From contig CATIQX010000043.1 of the NCBI GenBank assembly GCA_949531795.1, positions 1 through 38,467 on the forward strand: 38,467 nucleotides of DNA, written 5' to 3'. Both the position numbers and the translations under genes were made by a program. Shown here in pieces: positions 35,568 through 38,467 of this stretch. The first letter of the stretch is position 1. Every line of letters begins with the position of its first letter. Source of the stretch: Cryomorphaceae bacterium (GTDB taxonomy: Bacteria > Bacteroidota > Bacteroidia > Flavobacteriales > BACL11). The notes below the pieces were generated by a model. It was not told the DNA's origin. It was given only the letters and a program-made list of their open reading frames with translations, and made no database searches.

Positions 35568-36824
35568 TTAAGTGTGTAAGTTCTGACTTTCTTCTAAAAA
35601 AGGATGATGCTTTACTTCAATATTTCTTTTAGCTAAATTTGATAAGAAAACCCTTAAGAAAAATCCAAGAAAACCAATACCTACTCCTATCTCAAGTAAC
35701 CCTAAATGTCCATGCTCATGTAGTGTTCCTGGAGCAAACAATAAATATGAATTTATCCAGTGTCCAATTAAAATGACTACACAAACAAATACCAGACGAT
35801 TCTTATTTCTCTTAGCATCTCTACTCATTAGAAAAAGTGTTGGAACAATAAAATTGATTGCTAGACTAAACCAGAAAAGAAATCTATAATTTTCTAGCTC
35901 TATTCTTTCAAGATGATAGGTGACTTCCTCAGGTATATTTGCATACCAAATTAGCATAAATTGCGAGAACCACATATAAGTCCATACAATGGAAAAAGCG
36001 AAAATTAACTTTCCTAAATCATGAATATGACTGTCGTTTAAATGCTTTAAATAACCTTGCTTGTTTAGCAATAGTGCTAGCAATAAAATTGATGTAAAAC
36101 CAATTGTTGCCCACTCACTAAAAATATACCAACCAAATAATGTACTAAACCAATGTGCATCAATTGACATAATCCAATCCCAAGAAGCTGTTGAGGAAGT
36201 CACAGCAAATAATACAATAAACCAAGCAGACACTTTAAGACCTTTCCAATATGACTTTTCACCAATATCACCTTCATTGTCTCCATCTAAAGAAATTTGC
36301 CTTAATCTTTTTGCACAGTATAACCAAATACCAACATATAAAAATGACCTAAAAAGAAAAAACATTGAATTTAAATAAGGTTCCTTTCCTGCTATTATTT
36401 TATCATAATTAGGAGCCCCCTCCGTCATAATACCATCTTCTAACCAATGATAAATATGATTACCTCCAAAATGAAAAACAGCAGTGACTACAATAAATAA
36501 CATAATAAAGCAAGTGTAAGGCAAAAAGGTCATTATAGCTTCAGGAACTCTTTTTATAGCTATAGACCAACCTGCTTCGGCAACATGTTGTAATGCAATA
36601 AAAAATACCGCAAATACAGAAATACCAAGAAAGAAATAATTATTAAATAATAGATTTGTCCAAGCAGCATGATTATCAAAAATAAATGCAATTGTAATTG
36701 AAAATAGCCCAATTATAATCATAACCAATGAGGCTACATTTAAATTCTTATTTGGAGTATACATATTAATATTATCTAAATTATTCATTACTGTAATTCT
36801 GAAGTGCTTGAACATATAAAACAA
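35568..36824 (-). CDS. actF: Alternative complex III subunit ActF (quinol:cytochrome c oxidoreductase, quinone-binding subunit 2)
   Basis: A polytopic membrane protein (~10 TM) at the end of the actC-D-E-F gene order. The start is uncertain: in-frame ATGs at 36788 or 36764 would reduce the 44-nt overlap with actE. Confidence 0.75.
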   Translation of the reverse strand: MFYMFKHFRITVMNNLDNINMYTPNKNLNVASLVMIIIGLFSITIAFIFDNHAAWTNLLFNNYFFLGISVFAVFFIALQHVAEAGWSIAIKRVPEAIMTFLPYTCFIMLFIVVTAVFHFGGNHIYHWLEDGIMTEGAPNYDKIIAGKEPYLNSMFFLFRSFLYVGIWLYCAKRLRQISLDGDNEGDIGEKSYWKGLKVSAWFIVLFAVTSSTASWDWIMSIDAHWFSTLFGWYIFSEWATIGFTSILLLALLLNKQGYLKHLNDSHIHDLGKLIFAFSIVWTYMWFSQFMLIWYANIPEEVTYHLERIELENYRFLFWFSLAINFIVPTLFLMSRDAKRNKNRLVFVCVVILIGHWINSYLLFAPGTLHEHGHLGLLEIGVGIGFLGFFLRVFLSNLAKRNIEVKHHPFLEESQNLHT

Positions 36825-37365
36825 CCTTCCATCTTTCTTCTTCTGTTAGCTGAGAAGAATGAGGTCCCATTGCATTTAAGCCATAAGTAATTGCATGAAA
36901 TATCTGCCCTGAAGTTAATTCTCGCATAGTGTTTCCTGACCTCCTAACCTGAATGCTATCGTTATAGTGAGGGATAGCAGAGTATACTGGATGAGTTATT
37001 GACCCTCCTCCTGCACCATTAGGCCCATGACAATGCTTACAAAACATTGCATAAAGAGCCTTACCTTCAACAGTGTTTTTATCATTAGTATCATATGGGT
37101 TAGTAGCTTTTTTTCCTGCAAGTAAATAATCTTCTTGACTAGGACCAAAATTAAATGTTGTCAAATAGCCTCTTGCAATAGTACCTTTTACGGGATCTCT
37201 AGCATTAAGACTATCACTAAAAACTTTGTTTTTACCATATGTCTCTAAAGATGGAGAACGATACATGTCTGGCATATACTCATACCCTCTACCATCATTA
37301 CCACAAGAAGCTAGCAACAAACCAAGACTGCAAATTATTAAAAATTTAGCTTTCATCTTTCTCAT
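36781..37365 (-). CDS. actE: Alternative complex III monoheme cytochrome c lipoprotein ActE
   Basis: Has a lipobox (LLASC) and a single heme motif CKHCH followed by GPNGAGGG. The position between actD and actF fits. Confidence 0.8.
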   Translation of the reverse strand: MRKMKAKFLIICSLGLLLASCGNDGRGYEYMPDMYRSPSLETYGKNKVFSDSLNARDPVKGTIARGYLTTFNFGPSQEDYLLAGKKATNPYDTNDKNTVEGKALYAMFCKHCHGPNGAGGGSITHPVYSAIPHYNDSIQVRRSGNTMRELTSGQIFHAITYGLNAMGPHSSQLTEEERWKVVLYVQALQNYSNE

Positions 37366-37882
37366 TTATTTCAGTGACATTAGATTTTTCAAGTAATCCT
37401 ATAATATTATTTTTATCTTCTTTATAAAGAATTTCAACTAAAAATTTATCATCAGTTGTCCTTGGATCAGGGCTTGTTGTTTTACTACCAGGATATAAAT
37501 TATTTCTAATTAAATATGTAATTGACATTAAATGAGCTGCAAAAAGCACGGTACACTCAAATATAATTGGAACGAAAGAAGGAAGGTTATGGTAAAATGT
37601 AGAATTTGGTTTTCCTCCTATGTTCATTGGCCAACTCTTACCAACACCCGAAATCATAATATAATAAATCAAAAGCCCTCCAAAACTTAATCCAATACAG
37701 CCATAAATAAATGCTGTAATAGCCATTCTAGTCTCTTTAAGACCTAAAATAGGATCAAGACCATGTATTGGAAATGGACTATACACTTCATTAACAACTA
37801 TATTGTTGTCTTTTAATTCTTTAACAACTTTCAAAACATCTTGTTCATCATCAAAAATTGCATGTATAATTTTATCTCTCAT
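37346..37882 (-). CDS. actD: Alternative complex III membrane subunit ActD (DUF3341-type)
   Basis: At 178 aa it has a soluble N-terminal part followed by 2 TM helices. Its position after the NrfD-like subunit fits the ACIII order. Confidence 0.75.
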   Translation of the reverse strand: MRDKIIHAIFDDEQDVLKVVKELKDNNIVVNEVYSPFPIHGLDPILGLKETRMAITAFIYGCIGLSFGGLLIYYIMISGVGKSWPMNIGGKPNSTFYHNLPSFVPIIFECTVLFAAHLMSITYLIRNNLYPGSKTTSPDPRTTDDKFLVEILYKEDKNNIIGLLEKSNVTEINEKDES

Positions 37883-37884
37883 TT

Positions 37885-38467
37885 TTACTTTTTATATTCT
37901 GAACCTGATGATTTAAGTATACTCTTTATCTCAGCTTGCGCAATAACAGGAAATGCTCTTGCATAAAGTAAAAACAAAACAAAAAAGAATCCAATTGTTC
38001 CAACAAAAATTCCAATATCAATAAATGTAGGTGAAAACATAGTCCATGATGAAGGAAGGAAATCTCTATGAAGAGAAGTAACAATAATTACAAAACGTTC
38101 AAACCACATTCCTATATTAACAAATATTGACAATATAAATGTAGCTACAAATGAGGTTCTTATTTTATATATCCAATAAAGTTGAGGAATTACCACATTA
38201 CACGTCATCATACTGGCATATGCCCACCAATAAGGTCCTGTTGCACGATTTAGGAATGCATACTGTTCAAATTCCACCCCAGAGTACCAAGCCATAAAAA
38301 GTTCTGTAATATACGCAACCCCGACTAAAGAACCTGTGAAGAGAATAATAACATTCATATACTCTATATGCTTAATAGTAATGTAAGCCTCCATATTAAC
38401 AACCTTTCTCATTATAATCAATAATGTTTCAACCATAGCAAATCCTGAAAAAAGTGCTCCAAGAACA
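37885..38467 (-). CDS. actC: Alternative complex III NrfD/PsrC-like quinol-oxidising membrane subunit ActC, C-terminal part (5' end beyond the window)
   Basis: The reading frame stays open upstream of the track's ATG to the window edge (...VLGALFSGFAMVETLL...). The protein is polytopic and NrfD-like, and precedes actD-E-F. Confidence 0.8.
   Translation of the reverse strand, partial: VLGALFSGFAMVETLLIIMRKVVNMEAYITIKHIEYMNVIILFTGSLVGVAYITELFMAWYSGVEFEQYAFLNRATGPYWWAYASMMTCNVVIPQLYWIYKIRTSFVATFILSIFVNIGMWFERFVIIVTSLHRDFLPSSWTMFSPTFIDIGIFVGTIGFFFVLFLLYARAFPVIAQAEIKSILKSSGSEYKK

Noticed and set aside
1-38467. Search for CRISPR arrays, long direct or inverted repeats, transposase/integrase/recombinase genes, toxin-antitoxin pairs, restriction-modification or other defence signatures, and rRNA/tRNA genes
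   Set aside because: I found none by eye. Intergenic gaps are all under 200 nt and are accounted for by promoters, terminators or small ORFs. Every long ORF has a housekeeping or envelope assignment, and no composition shift suggests an island. A computational repeat, tRNAscan or defence-HMM scan would be needed to be definitive.

Overview
AT-rich, densely coding chromosomal segment, almost certainly from a Bacteroidota (Flavobacteriia-like) genome. The evidence is the gliding/T9SS genes (gldD, gldE, sprA), T9SS C-terminal sorting domains on secreted proteins, an alternative complex III operon (actCDEF), recurring TAnnTTTG '-7' promoter boxes, and no Shine-Dalgarno sequences. Most of the window is core housekeeping: serS (partial), rpmA/rplU, ctaA, ssb, mutY, HU, RNase G, recX, prfB, arsC, fumC, tonB, gcvH, ruvA, maeB, ubiX and ruvB. 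I found no rRNA, tRNA, CRISPR array, transposase/integrase or recognisable defence genes. The only accessory-looking stretch is about 26.6-34.2 kb. It holds two divergent Cys-rich T9SS cargo genes, one with a CPPC thioredoxin-like domain. These are followed by a translationally coupled operon: TlpA-type thiol-disulfide oxidoreductase, a 544-aa predicted outer-membrane beta-barrel, a CxxC thioredoxin-fold lipoprotein (Omp28-like by recollection), two smaller OMP-like proteins, and ubiX. This is my best candidate for an uncharacterised system, possibly an outer-membrane/cell-surface thiol-redox module, but the function is inference only. Other points are two small ORFs absent from the ORF track (a 29-aa highly basic, bS22-like peptide and a 49-aa hydrophobic peptide) and four genes whose -7 box sits 4-5 nt from the ATG, predicting leaderless mRNAs. 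There is also ATGA coupling of maeB-ruvA with sprA 15 nt downstream, and prfB lacks the programmed frameshift. All family assignments come from reading motifs by eye; no database search was run.
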